A stretch of 64,000 nt of DNA. Source: an uncultured Gammaproteobacteria bacterium. GTDB lineage: Bacteria > Patescibacteriota > Microgenomatia > Levybacterales > UBA12049. The notes beneath the pieces were generated by a model. It did not search any database. It was given only the letters and a program-made list of their open reading frames with translations, and was not told the origin of the DNA. The stretch lies in contig CAZAZU010000001.1 in assembly GCA_964490105.1 (NCBI GenBank), positions 434,361 through 498,360 on the forward strand, given 5' to 3'. A program made the translations under genes and the position numbers. This document shows, piece after piece, positions 1 to 10,580 of the stretch. The stretch's first letter is position 1. Each line of letters starts with the position of its first letter.

Positions 1-51
1 CCTCCTTCTGTGATACTTCAAGCTCGGAATAAATTATTTGCTTAATGGGAC

Positions 52-1710
52 TCATTTCTTAATTTTAATGTATTTATCCCACATAAACAAACAAAATAAA
101 ATAAGAGCCGAAAATACTGTCATTACAAGCGAGATGGTTTGAAGTCTGGTACTTTTCAAAACCACTTCAATGATATGTTCACCTTCTGGAACTCTTGCCT
201 TAAAAATTCCCTCCTTCGTAACTGTTAAAGGAACGGGAACTCCGTCGATCTTAACTGTCCAGCCAGGGAAATGGGCTATATTTATTAAAATTTCCCCATC
301 CCTGTCCCCTTTTAAAATAAATTTTTCTTTTGTAACACTACTCGAAATCGGACTAATCTTAAAGCCATCTGCTTTAACTCTTTCTTTTGCTGGAGTTAGT
401 TTTGCATTGAAATTAAGCGTATTGAAAACATTTCCCGGGCTATTAGTTCCATTTGTAAAATTCTCTCTTTTTAAGTAGTACTGATCATCCCTAAGATGAT
501 GGAATGGAGCCTTAATATAATCTAGTGAAAATCCGATGGAAAGCACTATTAATAATATTGAAATGATTATTCTCACTTTTTCATTTTTTATTAAATTCTG
601 AGATACTATAAAACCTGCCAGAAAAGAAGACGTTAGAATCACGACACTTAAAAGTCTCCATGGGAACTGAACATATGGAATAAAAGGAACATTTTTCCAA
701 GTAAATTCAGAAAAGGGTGTTATTAAAAAAACCGCAAAAATAAATATGAACAAGAAGTATCCGATCATATTGTTTCTTTTTTTAAAGATAAAAATAAGTA
801 AACAAATCATGACTACTAGTATATTTGCTATGCCAATTTGAAAAGACATTTGATCAGGAACATTCACTCCTGAGAAACCATAGCCCCAGGAAGAATAAAT
901 TAGTTTATAAACAACCGGAAAATGCTGGGTTGGATCAAAAATTTGAAGCCCTCTGACGTATTTAGTTTCGAGAATTGCAGGTAGCCAAAAAATCGCTGAA
1001 AGCCCAGTCCCCAGAACTGAAATAAAAATCGCAGAACTAAATTCCTTTAATTTATTTCGAGCGTCTTGTTTCTTAGCAAAGGAAAGAAAAAATGCATACG
1101 AAAGAAAAAAGGTAAAAAATACGACCGCAAGGATATTATGCGCAAGAACGATTAGCGCAATAGAACATGACGAAAATACAAAATATTTTATTTTTTTTGA
1201 ATCAAAATAAGATTGATATCCCCATAAAAGCATCGGCGCCAAGCCAAGACTCCATACTTCCCCAACAGACCCTCTAACATAAATGTCTAAAAGATGGTAC
1301 GGAGAGTACGCATAGAAAACAGCACTTACCACCGCCCCCCATTCACCCCAAAACTTCTTAGTCCATAAATAAAAGAATATTGATCCCACGATTGTAGCTA
1401 GGATCATATTTAACTTGAGTGAATCAATAAAACTAAATCCCAGTAAATGAGTGAATGATGCTACGTAATTTGGGAGTGGGTACACATAATTAAAAAGCGG
1501 AATTCCATAACCATTATTAAAATCTTGTGCCCATCTCGGATAAAGCGTCCCCTCATTTATAGATTTAAAAAACTGCTCAAACCTCATCACATGATATTCG
1601 CCATCATGAGTAGGAGGAATCCCGTAAGAAACCAGACTCCATACAGACAAGCCCGATATTAGTACTGCAAGAAATAGAAACTTATATTTTAAAAATGCTT
1701 CCTTTATCAT
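52..1710 (-). CDS. Polytopic membrane protein, family A (five paralogues in this window); putative GT-C-like glycosyltransferase with a C-terminal extracytoplasmic beta-rich domain
   Basis: 552 aa with about 10 predicted TM helices. Shares the motifs HDGEYH, DIYVRGSVGE, QFPWRLLSV and C-terminal FPGW with ORFs 12805-14484, 14471-16168, 34160-35818 and 35806-37446. The 29-nt overlap with the upstream ORF suggests the true start may be an alternative codon. Confidence 0.55.
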   Translation of the reverse strand: MIKEAFLKYKFLFLAVLISGLSVWSLVSYGIPPTHDGEYHVMRFEQFFKSINEGTLYPRWAQDFNNGYGIPLFNYVYPLPNYVASFTHLLGFSFIDSLKLNMILATIVGSIFFYLWTKKFWGEWGAVVSAVFYAYSPYHLLDIYVRGSVGEVWSLGLAPMLLWGYQSYFDSKKIKYFVFSSCSIALIVLAHNILAVVFFTFFLSYAFFLSFAKKQDARNKLKEFSSAIFISVLGTGLSAIFWLPAILETKYVRGLQIFDPTQHFPVVYKLIYSSWGYGFSGVNVPDQMSFQIGIANILVVMICLLIFIFKKRNNMIGYFLFIFIFAVFLITPFSEFTWKNVPFIPYVQFPWRLLSVVILTSSFLAGFIVSQNLIKNEKVRIIISILLIVLSIGFSLDYIKAPFHHLRDDQYYLKRENFTNGTNSPGNVFNTLNFNAKLTPAKERVKADGFKISPISSSVTKEKFILKGDRDGEILINIAHFPGWTVKIDGVPVPLTVTKEGIFKARVPEGEHIIEVVLKSTRLQTISLVMTVFSALILFCLFMWDKYIKIKK

Positions 1711-3520
1711 CGCTATAGATTAGTTGGAAATCTTCAAAATGATTAATATTCATAATAATAGAGTTTTTTGCAAAATCATCCTTATAAATAATAATATACG
1801 ATATTTCCTCTTCTTTCAGAATATTCCTCAAGCGCTTAATATCCTGAGTTTCAAACATAATACGCCTTTTGGTTAATCTTTCTTCAGGGTTTCCTCCATA
1901 AAGAAAAATATAATGACTTCTACCTAGGTAAGTTTTTTTTCCAGCAATTGATGCCGGGTCGTAGATTTCTCCATTTGTTAAAACTAAACTATCCATAGGT
2001 ATGTTAACTTGAATAAACTTTGTAATTCCATTTGATTTATAGTCTGGAATCAGCTCCCTGACATCATTTTTTATTGTTAAAAAATTTAGAAAACCAGAAA
2101 ACAAAAAAATACAAATTAAAGGCGGAATAAATAATTTATAAATATGATTTTTCTTAAATAGATAAATAATTGCATAAGAAGCATAAAAATAAAATGAGAT
2201 GATCCATAAGTTAAGGAATTTATGATTATCAAAAATATCTTTAGTAAACTGGAAAATATTCGGAAGAATAAATAATGGCAGAAACAAGATCAGAAGCGAT
2301 CCCTTCGCCCTGCCCGCTTTCCAAATTCCAATTATAAAAAAACTTATAGATAACCCAAAATTCGCAATCCAATACTTGGAAAACGATGAAATACTTAAAT
2401 TATCGGCCACCATAAAACCTGGGTTAAAAATTATTGAATTATCGGAATTTTTTATTATCGAGAAAAGCTGAGGAGAGGAAATGATAATTGCTGTAAATAA
2501 CATGTACACATAACCCTTCCTATTTATTGGCATAATTACTAAAGACATCGCAATAATTATTAGTCCTGATAAAAAAATTTGAGTATTCCAAAATGGCATT
2601 AAGCCAATCAGGCTTCCTAAAATTATTGCCTGAAAAACAGATATTTTTTTATTTACACTTGTGTAAATAAAATAAACCAATAAAAGTACTGCGGCTAATG
2701 CCACTATGAGATGCCTCTGATTTATAAATGTATTCAGAGTCCAGAATACGGAAATTGTATTATTTCCGAATGGTGAATCTAGGAGAAAAACAGAATTATT
2801 CCATATTTCTCTAAAACTAATTCCTTTATCTACGAAAAAGCTTATAAAAGAAATACTAGGAGTGAAAAGAAAAAATATTACGCTTAATAACCCGACTGCT
2901 TTACTCTCAAAAAACAGCATCCCTAGTCGAAAAATAATCAACAATAAAAGAGTAAAGAATATTGCAGAAATTAGATTAAATGCAAGCGAAATATTAAGTC
3001 CCAAATACTCTAAAATACCCACATAAAAATCAAACATAAAATGATAAACAAGATTAGAATTCCCAAAAAAAGGTATCTCTGCAGGAAAATTGTTACCCAA
3101 AGAAAAAGAACGCACGAATGGAATATGAGCACCGAAATCAAGATAAGTATTAGATGAAATTAAAAAATTTCCCTGATCATATGAAAATGATTTATTCATA
3201 ATATAGTAAGATAAAACAAAAAATAAAATACTAATAACAGTAGTCGGGGACCGCATATTTCTTGCTTCAAACAAAATATTTTTTATACTTCTTACTTTTA
3301 AAACTAGCAATATAAATGAAATTATAAAAAAGAAAAGAAGACTTTTATGCAAATCATGAGTCAAATATGAAGTGACAATATAAAGTAAAGAAACTGAAAG
3401 TACAGACCCTAATATAAATGCTGAAATTGCATTTATTAATTTATCCTTTATATTAAAAATGCGAGCAAGGAAAAGCCCATCTAAGAAAACTAATCCCAAG
3501 AAAACAAATCCAATCATCAA
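1682..3520 (-). CDS. Polytopic integral membrane protein, putative GT-C-type glycosyltransferase
   Basis: 612 aa, more than 12 hydrophobic segments, with a soluble C-terminal domain. Its stop overlaps the next start by 4 nt (ATGA), suggesting translational coupling. Confidence 0.5.
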   Translation of the reverse strand: MMIGFVFLGLVFLDGLFLARIFNIKDKLINAISAFILGSVLSVSLLYIVTSYLTHDLHKSLLFFFIISFILLVLKVRSIKNILFEARNMRSPTTVISILFFVLSYYIMNKSFSYDQGNFLISSNTYLDFGAHIPFVRSFSLGNNFPAEIPFFGNSNLVYHFMFDFYVGILEYLGLNISLAFNLISAIFFTLLLLIIFRLGMLFFESKAVGLLSVIFFLFTPSISFISFFVDKGISFREIWNNSVFLLDSPFGNNTISVFWTLNTFINQRHLIVALAAVLLLVYFIYTSVNKKISVFQAIILGSLIGLMPFWNTQIFLSGLIIIAMSLVIMPINRKGYVYMLFTAIIISSPQLFSIIKNSDNSIIFNPGFMVADNLSISSFSKYWIANFGLSISFFIIGIWKAGRAKGSLLILFLPLFILPNIFQFTKDIFDNHKFLNLWIISFYFYASYAIIYLFKKNHIYKLFIPPLICIFLFSGFLNFLTIKNDVRELIPDYKSNGITKFIQVNIPMDSLVLTNGEIYDPASIAGKKTYLGRSHYIFLYGGNPEERLTKRRIMFETQDIKRLRNILKEEEISYIIIYKDDFAKNSIIMNINHFEDFQLIYSDDKGSIFKI

Positions 3521-4659
3521 TTACTATTTTTATAGGGTAGAAACTTAAGGAAACTTTTTATATCTATATTTTTAAAATCTTTAAGAACATATAAAACTAC
3601 GGCTATCAAGGGTATGTATGTTGCTAAAATTTTAATGATTGGTGTAACTCCAAAATGAGTTCCTAAATACATATAAGGAACGTACCTGAGCATTAGTCCA
3701 AATGAAAGAACAAATCCTAAAATCTTTAAAGTCTTTATATTTGTAAGTGAAATAAAAGTTAAAAACCATATTCCATACCATGGATATATTTCTTCTCTTA
3801 TTGGCGAAAGTAAGAAAACAATAAGCATTAAAAGTGCACTAGATATATATATTTTTTCCCAGTTAATTTTTCTTTTTTTAATTTTCTGAAAAATATAGTA
3901 AGTAAAAATTGGAATAAGAAATATTGTTGCGTATTTTATAAAAATAGAGATTATCAAAAGAATTAACGCTAAATATATTTTTTCTTTTTTTAGCAAATAA
4001 AATGAAAGAAGCGCAAAGAACATCATAGAAACATCATTATGTCCGGAAACGAATGTTTCAATTAGAACCAGAGGGCTTAACGCAAAATATGCTACGCTTT
4101 CAACTCTACCGGTCAATTTATAAATCAAATATAATATTCCAAAATAAAAAACCACCACAAAAAGCTTGAAGTTAAACAAAGTTAAAATAAAATTATTTAA
4201 TCCCAACAAATAAGGAATGCCGGTCATTGTCACCCATGAGGGACCATATAATGCCACTTTATTCGCTGCGTGAGTAAAGTTTAAATAGGGATCGCCAATA
4301 AATTCTATAGGCATAACAATAAATGGATTTTCCTGATACCAAAACAAAATTTTTGCTGTAAATATATAGTTAAAAATATCATACGAAAGAATTGCTGGGT
4401 ATGATAAGAAAAGAAAAACAGCGGAAAGCATTATCAGATTCATCAATATTTTTTGCGTAATTTTTCTTAGGAAATAGAAGTAAAAAATAAAAAAAACTGA
4501 AATAAAAGATATATACAGCAATGTCACTATTTCTCTATTTAGATTTGCAAAACCCGTATATAAATTTGTCATATAAATCAAGTTTTGATCTACAAATAAG
4601 TAAGAAAAGAAGGTAAATCCCAGGAGAAATGTCCCATAGATAATTATTAATAACCTCAT
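3517..4659 (-). CDS. Polytopic membrane protein, family D (paralogue of 39015-40190)
   Basis: 380 aa. The motif SYDIFNYIFTAKI..YQENP...YGPSW aligns with SYDLFNYIFDAKI..YHENP...YGPVW in ORF 39015-40190. Confidence 0.5.
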   Translation of the reverse strand: MRLLIIIYGTFLLGFTFFSYLFVDQNLIYMTNLYTGFANLNREIVTLLYISFISVFFIFYFYFLRKITQKILMNLIMLSAVFLFLSYPAILSYDIFNYIFTAKILFWYQENPFIVMPIEFIGDPYLNFTHAANKVALYGPSWVTMTGIPYLLGLNNFILTLFNFKLFVVVFYFGILYLIYKLTGRVESVAYFALSPLVLIETFVSGHNDVSMMFFALLSFYLLKKEKIYLALILLIISIFIKYATIFLIPIFTYYIFQKIKKRKINWEKIYISSALLMLIVFLLSPIREEIYPWYGIWFLTFISLTNIKTLKILGFVLSFGLMLRYVPYMYLGTHFGVTPIIKILATYIPLIAVVLYVLKDFKNIDIKSFLKFLPYKNSN

Positions 4660-5186
4660 AAAACGCTATTTCTTATGTTAATAGAGTCATTTAAAATCTT
4701 CTTAAGATTAAGATTAGTCGGAGTGGAATTTTCCGGATTCCATTCAACCTCTTCAGGCAAATTCTCGCTAAGATGCCCTAAGGTTTCCATATGCTTCCTG
4801 GAAGCTTCTTTCAGTATCAGATCTCTCTCGGAAATATCTTTTCTATTTTTTTCCGCTTTTTCCAATGCGGGATGAATATTTTTAAAATATTCGTCTGACT
4901 TTTTAAGAGCATCTGCGGCGAGTAAATATTGCTTATACTCAAACAGGGTCTTTGCTTCTACTAAGTAATGATCCGCCTCTTTTAAGTTGTAATCAAATTT
5001 ACCAAAATCTCCAAAGTATATATACTTACTTATTCTAGAAATAAATAATCTAGGCTGATATAAAAAGTTACCCGGCATGTAGGAAGGGTAGGGTAATACG
5101 TAGCTTGATTCAGCAAATACAAACTTAGGGAAGGTTAAATTTATTATGAAAACAACAAGAATAGCTAAAAATATGTACTTAACCAT
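4656..5186 (-). CDS. Secreted/periplasmic protein with a signal peptide; possible DUF5667-like family typical of CPR genomes
   Basis: N-terminal signal sequence ending FVFA. The YVLPYPSYMPGNFLY motif is followed by a helical region rich in K, E and A. Confidence 0.45.
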   Translation of the reverse strand: MVKYIFLAILVVFIINLTFPKFVFAESSYVLPYPSYMPGNFLYQPRLFISRISKYIYFGDFGKFDYNLKEADHYLVEAKTLFEYKQYLLAADALKKSDEYFKNIHPALEKAEKNRKDISERDLILKEASRKHMETLGHLSENLPEEVEWNPENSTPTNLNLKKILNDSINIRNSVL

Positions 5187-6153
5187 TTTTACTATGCCAA
5201 AGCCAAGCTGATTTTACTATAGTTTCAATGTCAGAATATTTAGCTTCAAATCCTAGCTCTGTTTTTATCTTAGCTGGATCAGCAATTAACCTGTCAGCAT
5301 CCCCAGCTCTCCTTGGACAGGCCTCAATATCTGTTGTTAAGCCACTTACGCTCATGACAGTTTCAATAACTTTTTTATTTGAGACACCATTTCCGGTTCC
5401 TACATTGTAAAAATATCCACCCTTATTATTTAATATATGATTAAGCGCTAAAAAATGTGCTTCTACGAGATCAAGTACGTGTATATAGTCCCTAAGACAT
5501 GTTCCATCAGGAGTATCATAGTCAGTTCCAAACAATTTAAAACTACTCTTATTCATTACTGCCTTAATGGCAAGGGGAATTATATGTGTTTCAGGATTAT
5601 GTCCTTCCCCCATTTCACCATTAAAATCTGCGCCACTTGCATTAAAATATCTTAAACACGCAAAATTTATCAGTTGATTATCAGAACGCATAGATTTTAA
5701 GTATTCTTCAGTATTTAACTTTGATTCCCCATAAGGACTGGTCGGATTCTTCTCGTGATCTTCAGGAATTGGAATAATTTTTGGATTTCCATACACAGCT
5801 GCCGTGGAACTAAAAATATAATTATATACATTGTTCTCTGATGCAATTTTGAATAAATTTTTTGAACCTTCAGTATTATTTTCAAAATATATTTGAGGAT
5901 TTCTAGTAGATTCCTCAACTGAAATTAATCCAGCGAAATGAAGAATTGCGTCAATCTTTACTGACGAAAAAATTTCATTCAAAAGCTGAGTATTTCTTAT
6001 GTTTCCAATAATTAGTTTCGCTTTTGAATTTACCGATTCCTTATGTCCCCTTTCTAAACTATCCAAAACAATAACCTCATATCCTCTTTTGACAAGAGCG
6101 TCAGTCATAAAACTTCCGATATATCCAGCTCCACCGGTAACTAAAACTCTCAT
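5179..6153 (-). CDS. galE: UDP-glucose 4-epimerase (NAD-dependent epimerase/dehydratase)
   Basis: N-terminal Rossmann motif VLVTGGAGYIGS and the YxxxK region; 324 aa is typical GalE length. Confidence 0.88.
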   Translation of the reverse strand: MRVLVTGGAGYIGSFMTDALVKRGYEVIVLDSLERGHKESVNSKAKLIIGNIRNTQLLNEIFSSVKIDAILHFAGLISVEESTRNPQIYFENNTEGSKNLFKIASENNVYNYIFSSTAAVYGNPKIIPIPEDHEKNPTSPYGESKLNTEEYLKSMRSDNQLINFACLRYFNASGADFNGEMGEGHNPETHIIPLAIKAVMNKSSFKLFGTDYDTPDGTCLRDYIHVLDLVEAHFLALNHILNNKGGYFYNVGTGNGVSNKKVIETVMSVSGLTTDIEACPRRAGDADRLIADPAKIKTELGFEAKYSDIETIVKSAWLWHSKNG

Positions 6154-6248
6154 ACCAATATATTACAATAAGCAAAAAAAAATCGCTAATCCACTTTTCG
6201 CCTACTTCTTGATATTTGTCTTGTTTATGTGATAAGAATTTAGAATTA

Positions 6249-6932
6249 ATGTCATACGATAAATCAAAAATTAGCATAATAATTGCCTGCAAAAACGAAG
6301 GAGAAGGTATTCTTAAAATATTAAAATCTGTCAAAAATTATTCAGAGGATATATTGGTTATCGATGGTCATTCTGAAGATGGTACCAGAGAAATAGCAAA
6401 AAAAATGGGTGCTAGATTTTTTCTTGATCATAAATTAGGAAGAGGTGATGCTCTAAAAATAGGAATAAAAAATGCAAAAAAAGATATATTGGTTTTTTTT
6501 GATGCAGATGGATCACATAACGAAAAATATATTCCCTTGCTAGCAGCTCCGATTTTAAAAAACGAGGCCGACTTAGTTATTGGATCCAGACGAACTGGCG
6601 GAAGCTTCGACATGAATATTGATTTTATTGGAATAGTTAGATCAGTGGGATCGGATTTTTTAACTGCAATTGTAAATCACAAGTATAAAGTTAATCTAAC
6701 CGACATCTTATTTAGTCTCAGAGCTATTAAAAAATCAACTGCTATTGACCTTAAACTTAAATCAGATGATTTCTGTGTTGAGCAGGAAATGATCGTATCT
6801 GTACTTAAAAAAGGTTACGCTATAAAAGAAATTCCAACTCAAGAAATGGCAAGAAAATGGGGAAAATCAAAACTAAAAACCTTGACGGGTGTAAAATTCA
6901 TTTATTCATTATTGAAACAGACTTATTTTTAA
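6249..6932 (+). CDS. GT2 glycosyltransferase (DPM1/GtrB-like polyprenyl-phosphate sugar synthase type)
   Basis: ISIIIACKNEGEGI, VIDGHSEDGT and the FFDADGSH DXD motif. The ORF-track start at 6216 is a TTG; the first ATG is at 6249. Confidence 0.8.
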   Translation: MSYDKSKISIIIACKNEGEGILKILKSVKNYSEDILVIDGHSEDGTREIAKKMGARFFLDHKLGRGDALKIGIKNAKKDILVFFDADGSHNEKYIPLLAAPILKNEADLVIGSRRTGGSFDMNIDFIGIVRSVGSDFLTAIVNHKYKVNLTDILFSLRAIKKSTAIDLKLKSDDFCVEQEMIVSVLKKGYAIKEIPTQEMARKWGKSKLKTLTGVKFIYSLLKQTYF

Positions 6933-6950
6933 TTTTTTAATATGGAGCAG

Positions 6951-7550
6951 TTAAACCTCACAATATTTAAGAGCCTGATCTGGAATCAAAATAATCCAGA
7001 AAATAGATAACGCTATTAATACAAAATAAGTTAATACAACCATTTTTGTATTCTTGGAACTTAGAAACTTAAAATGACCGTAAAAAGATAGTAAATTAAA
7101 AGGAATTGCGACTACTAGTAGTTTATAAATAAAAGATAATTTAAAATTAATAAGAACTTCAAATAACGGGATTCCAAACGAAATCAGTATCAGAAATCCT
7201 AATTTTTTATTTCTGTTTTTTGCATTGAGAAAATACCAGATTGAAATAACTACCCCAAAAACACCAACAAATGTTAACAACGTAATTAAAAGCTGAGGAT
7301 CAAGAAAATGAGTATATCTTTTATAGACGTCTATAAAAAATTGGAGTAACTTGTTATGAAATGTTCTTGCTAGCAAAACGGGTAAACCCTGATCGTGATT
7401 TATGGCATAAATAAGCTGAAGCTCTAAATCATATAAAGAGAAATGATAATAATCAAAAAAATTCTTGCACGCAGTCCACGCTTTTAAAGGAATCAATTGT
7501 AAAACTAATAATCCAAGAATTAAAAATACCTTTATTTTCATAATTTCCAA
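6951..7550 (-). CDS. Small polytopic membrane protein, unknown function
   Basis: 199 aa with a signal-like N terminus and 4-5 hydrophobic segments; overlaps the upstream ORF by 13 nt. Confidence 0.4.
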   Translation of the reverse strand: MEIMKIKVFLILGLLVLQLIPLKAWTACKNFFDYYHFSLYDLELQLIYAINHDQGLPVLLARTFHNKLLQFFIDVYKRYTHFLDPQLLITLLTFVGVFGVVISIWYFLNAKNRNKKLGFLILISFGIPLFEVLINFKLSFIYKLLVVAIPFNLLSFYGHFKFLSSKNTKMVVLTYFVLIALSIFWIILIPDQALKYCEV

Positions 7551-9070
7551 AATTGTGCAATTATATCTTCATTATTTTTTTGATCTAAAAAAACATTAAA
7601 TATAATTCCTTCAGAGTTTTGGGATCCATAAAATGGCCTAATATATAACACTTTTTTATTTCCCCACTCCTTTGGCTTATTCCATGTTACGTCGACCATC
7701 TCGGGAATTTCACCATTTGAATAAAATTTATAATATATTGGCGCAAAATTTAAATTTTTATCAACCACTATGTAATCATATTCGCTTCTTAATCTGTCAG
7801 TATTTATTACTATTTCCCTATAGCCTGCTCCCCAATCCTTTTGATTAACTTGTGGATAATGAACATAATAATAGTGCGAGTAAAAAATAAACTCAAAAAA
7901 TGCAATTATTAAAATCAAAGGTGCAATATATAGCCTAAATCTTTTTAAATTATCAAAAAAATATACTACGCCTAAAGAAACTAATACTAGTAAAGGCACT
8001 ACCATCAGAAGACTGCGCAAAGAATGCGGACTTGGAACAGCTAAGGAGGCAGGAAGCGGGGAAATTAATAAGAGAGCGACAACTAATATTTTTAAAATAT
8101 TTTTCTTTGATTTTAATAATGCATAGAGTCCTATTAATAAAAAGGGCAATTGCCATTTAAATAAAAGTCCGAATTCTGGTATCTGATGCCTGCCTATTCC
8201 ATCTCCGGTGTCAAATAAAAAGTAAAATGAAAAATAGGACAGATAATTTTTAAAAACTGCAAAAGGATACTCAATAATTTTCTGGGTATTCGTCATGATT
8301 CCTAGTTCTGAAAAGACACTTGTAGCGCTAAATCTTGCACTGCCTTGTCCTGAAAAACTAAACAAAAGAATTGGCAAGAACAAAATAGAAAAAGATATCA
8401 TTGATAGGATTATTTTTCTCCTATTCGTGGTGTCTTTGTAAAGACAAATTAATGAAAACCCACCAAAAACTAAAGGCGAAATAATTCGATATGAATGATA
8501 TGCATAAATACTTACTGCAAATAATATCGCAGCTAATAAAATAAAAATTATCTTCTTATTCTTCAGATAACTGAGCGAAAGAAAAACGGCAAGCAAAAAA
8601 AGAAATAGGGCCTGATTAGTTTCAAATCCACCTCTTGAAAAGTGAATATGCCAAGAAGAAATTCCCATTAAGAATGCTGAAAGTAATGCCACCCTTTCAA
8701 CAGTATCCTTGGAAATTTCCTTCTCAAATAAAAGCGCTTTTTTTACAATTAAATAAATTAATAAGATTGTTAGGATTCCAAAAAAAGCTGATGGAAATCT
8801 AATTGCAAATTCATTTTTACCAAATACTGCCATGGATACTGAAGTTGAGTAAATATAAACAGGCATCTTATAATCTCCAAATGATTTAAAAAATAAAGGC
8901 ATTCTATATTCATGCTCATCTTTTCCTGTCTTTAAAATCTCATGCGCATTATGGCCAATTGCAGCCTCATCTATGTAAAGACCTGGTGGGTTTGTATCTA
9001 TATTATAAAATCTCAATAAGAATGAAATAAAAATTATGACTACTAGAGCTAACTTATAATTTATCTTCAT
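7538..9070 (-). CDS. ArnT/PMT-family GT-C glycosyltransferase (GT39/GT83-like)
   Basis: LRFYNIDTNPPGLYIDEAAIGHNA...FKSFGDYKMPVYIY...AIRFPSAFFG is the classic first-loop DE motif and architecture of the dolichyl/undecaprenyl-phosphate-sugar dependent GT-C family. Confidence 0.8.
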   Translation of the reverse strand: MKINYKLALVVIIFISFLLRFYNIDTNPPGLYIDEAAIGHNAHEILKTGKDEHEYRMPLFFKSFGDYKMPVYIYSTSVSMAVFGKNEFAIRFPSAFFGILTILLIYLIVKKALLFEKEISKDTVERVALLSAFLMGISSWHIHFSRGGFETNQALFLFLLAVFLSLSYLKNKKIIFILLAAILFAVSIYAYHSYRIISPLVFGGFSLICLYKDTTNRRKIILSMISFSILFLPILLFSFSGQGSARFSATSVFSELGIMTNTQKIIEYPFAVFKNYLSYFSFYFLFDTGDGIGRHQIPEFGLLFKWQLPFLLIGLYALLKSKKNILKILVVALLLISPLPASLAVPSPHSLRSLLMVVPLLVLVSLGVVYFFDNLKRFRLYIAPLILIIAFFEFIFYSHYYYVHYPQVNQKDWGAGYREIVINTDRLRSEYDYIVVDKNLNFAPIYYKFYSNGEIPEMVDVTWNKPKEWGNKKVLYIRPFYGSQNSEGIIFNVFLDQKNNEDIIAQFWKL

Positions 9071-9071
9071 A

Positions 9072-10580
9072 TTATTTTTTTAACATTTTATAGACGTTTG
9101 TGCCATCTGGAAAACTCCATTTCTCTACTAAATTATACTTATCAGAGGGTGTTTTATAATTTATAAAGTCAATCTCAGTAACTTTAGTTACTTTTGGAAT
9201 AATTACATAAACTAATTTGGAATTTTGATCAACATTTTTATCATTCTTTTCGTCCTGCCAATTAAACAAATAATCATATTCGTAGGTATAAATTGCTGAG
9301 CTATAAGCTATGTACCCAAAATCTTTTTCCGCATCATTAAATACAAATTCTGCAATATGTGTTCTAGATCCCAAATCGGAATTAGTAAAGTTATTTTTTT
9401 CAAAAACATTTTGCAAATCACCACTCCTCGAAAACACTGCCAGCAATAAGGGAATAATTATTATGTATTTTCCCCAACTAATTTTACTTAAGAATAATCC
9501 GATAAAAAGTAAAAATAATATTTCAACGCCTATAAAATAATATGCCCAAGTGGGATTTTCATTAAATATGAATGATGAAATTAAGAAAAATGAGATAGTT
9601 AGAATTAATATTATTAAACGTATTTCAAATTTCTTAAATGTTATCTTTCTATTCAAAAATAAAATTAAAATAAATATAACAGTGATGCTAAAAATTAAAA
9701 CAGAGTAATAATTTGGAGCTCCTATTAAATCAGAAAATTTACTAAAAAAACTTGTTACTATGTCTCTGTCTGTCATTCCAGTTTGCCCAACCGATGCAGT
9801 GTTATAAACAATAGAATTGGTTATTGCTTTAATAAAAGTTTTTGACTGAATAAAATTATGTCTTATTTCAAATAATAAAAACGGAAAGAAAGAAAAACCA
9901 ATTCCCATAATTAACAGGAGAGTTTTTTTAAATAATAGACCAAGGGATTCTACGAATTTTTTTCTATATTCAAAAACGTGAACTAATACTAATGAGGATA
10001 TAAATGCGACAGTTGTGGGAATTCCAAATGATAAATGAAAGTTTGTAATTAACCCAACTAAAAATCCTAGCGCAATATAAACAAAACTCGCATTATGCTT
10101 TTTGTTATCAGAATTTATAAATAAATAAACCGCACCGATTAAGCATAGAGCGCCATAATGAACATTCCAAATTTGATTTGCATAACTTCCGAAATTCAGA
10201 ATAAACAGTAGCCAGATACTAATGAATATAAATAGTCCCCAACTTTTTGAAATTCTATAAAGGATAAAAGGGAAAATCGTAAAATAAGGAATAGTTAAAA
10301 GGGAAAAAACAACTACTCTTGGGTCCTTTGAAATTAAAGTAAGAACGCTAATTATCCATACCCAATATGGGCCGTAAAAAAGACCTGGAAGACCAGAGGG
10401 TTGCCCTATAAATGTAGGGTTTTCCAAATTTTTAAGAGCTAGTAGAAAATCTCTTGCAGGATCGTACCAAAATGCAATTCTTCCGAAATAAATATCCGAA
10501 ACCGAAACGATGAAAGGAACAATTGATACAAATAAAAAACATAGGGTAATATTTTTATTTTCTAATATTTTATTGATCAT
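9072..10580 (-). CDS. Polytopic membrane protein, family C (shares a DxARD loop motif with 10581-11957); putative GT-C
   Basis: 502 aa with many TM segments; WYDPARDFLLAL and GLPGLFYGPYWVW align with FDFDAARDSLVA and GPLYYWG in the neighbouring ORF. Confidence 0.5.
   Translation of the reverse strand: MINKILENKNITLCFLFVSIVPFIVSVSDIYFGRIAFWYDPARDFLLALKNLENPTFIGQPSGLPGLFYGPYWVWIISVLTLISKDPRVVVFSLLTIPYFTIFPFILYRISKSWGLFIFISIWLLFILNFGSYANQIWNVHYGALCLIGAVYLFINSDNKKHNASFVYIALGFLVGLITNFHLSFGIPTTVAFISSLVLVHVFEYRKKFVESLGLLFKKTLLLIMGIGFSFFPFLLFEIRHNFIQSKTFIKAITNSIVYNTASVGQTGMTDRDIVTSFFSKFSDLIGAPNYYSVLIFSITVIFILILFLNRKITFKKFEIRLIILILTISFFLISSFIFNENPTWAYYFIGVEILFLLFIGLFLSKISWGKYIIIIPLLLAVFSRSGDLQNVFEKNNFTNSDLGSRTHIAEFVFNDAEKDFGYIAYSSAIYTYEYDYLFNWQDEKNDKNVDQNSKLVYVIIPKVTKVTEIDFINYKTPSDKYNLVEKWSFPDGTNVYKMLKK

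Noticed and set aside
170-478. Many 60-150-aa ORFs in the six-frame track that lie antisense or out of frame inside large genes (e.g. 170-478, 4675-4875, 5228-5410, 7953-8156, 9310-9540, 25037-25790, 31088-31312, 36606-36800, 43596-43814, 56072-56284, 61264-61734, 63040-63291)
   Set aside because: Each is fully contained within a longer ORF that has clear homology and conserved motifs. Their low-complexity translations and the AT-rich context (few stop codons in some frames) make them almost certainly spurious.
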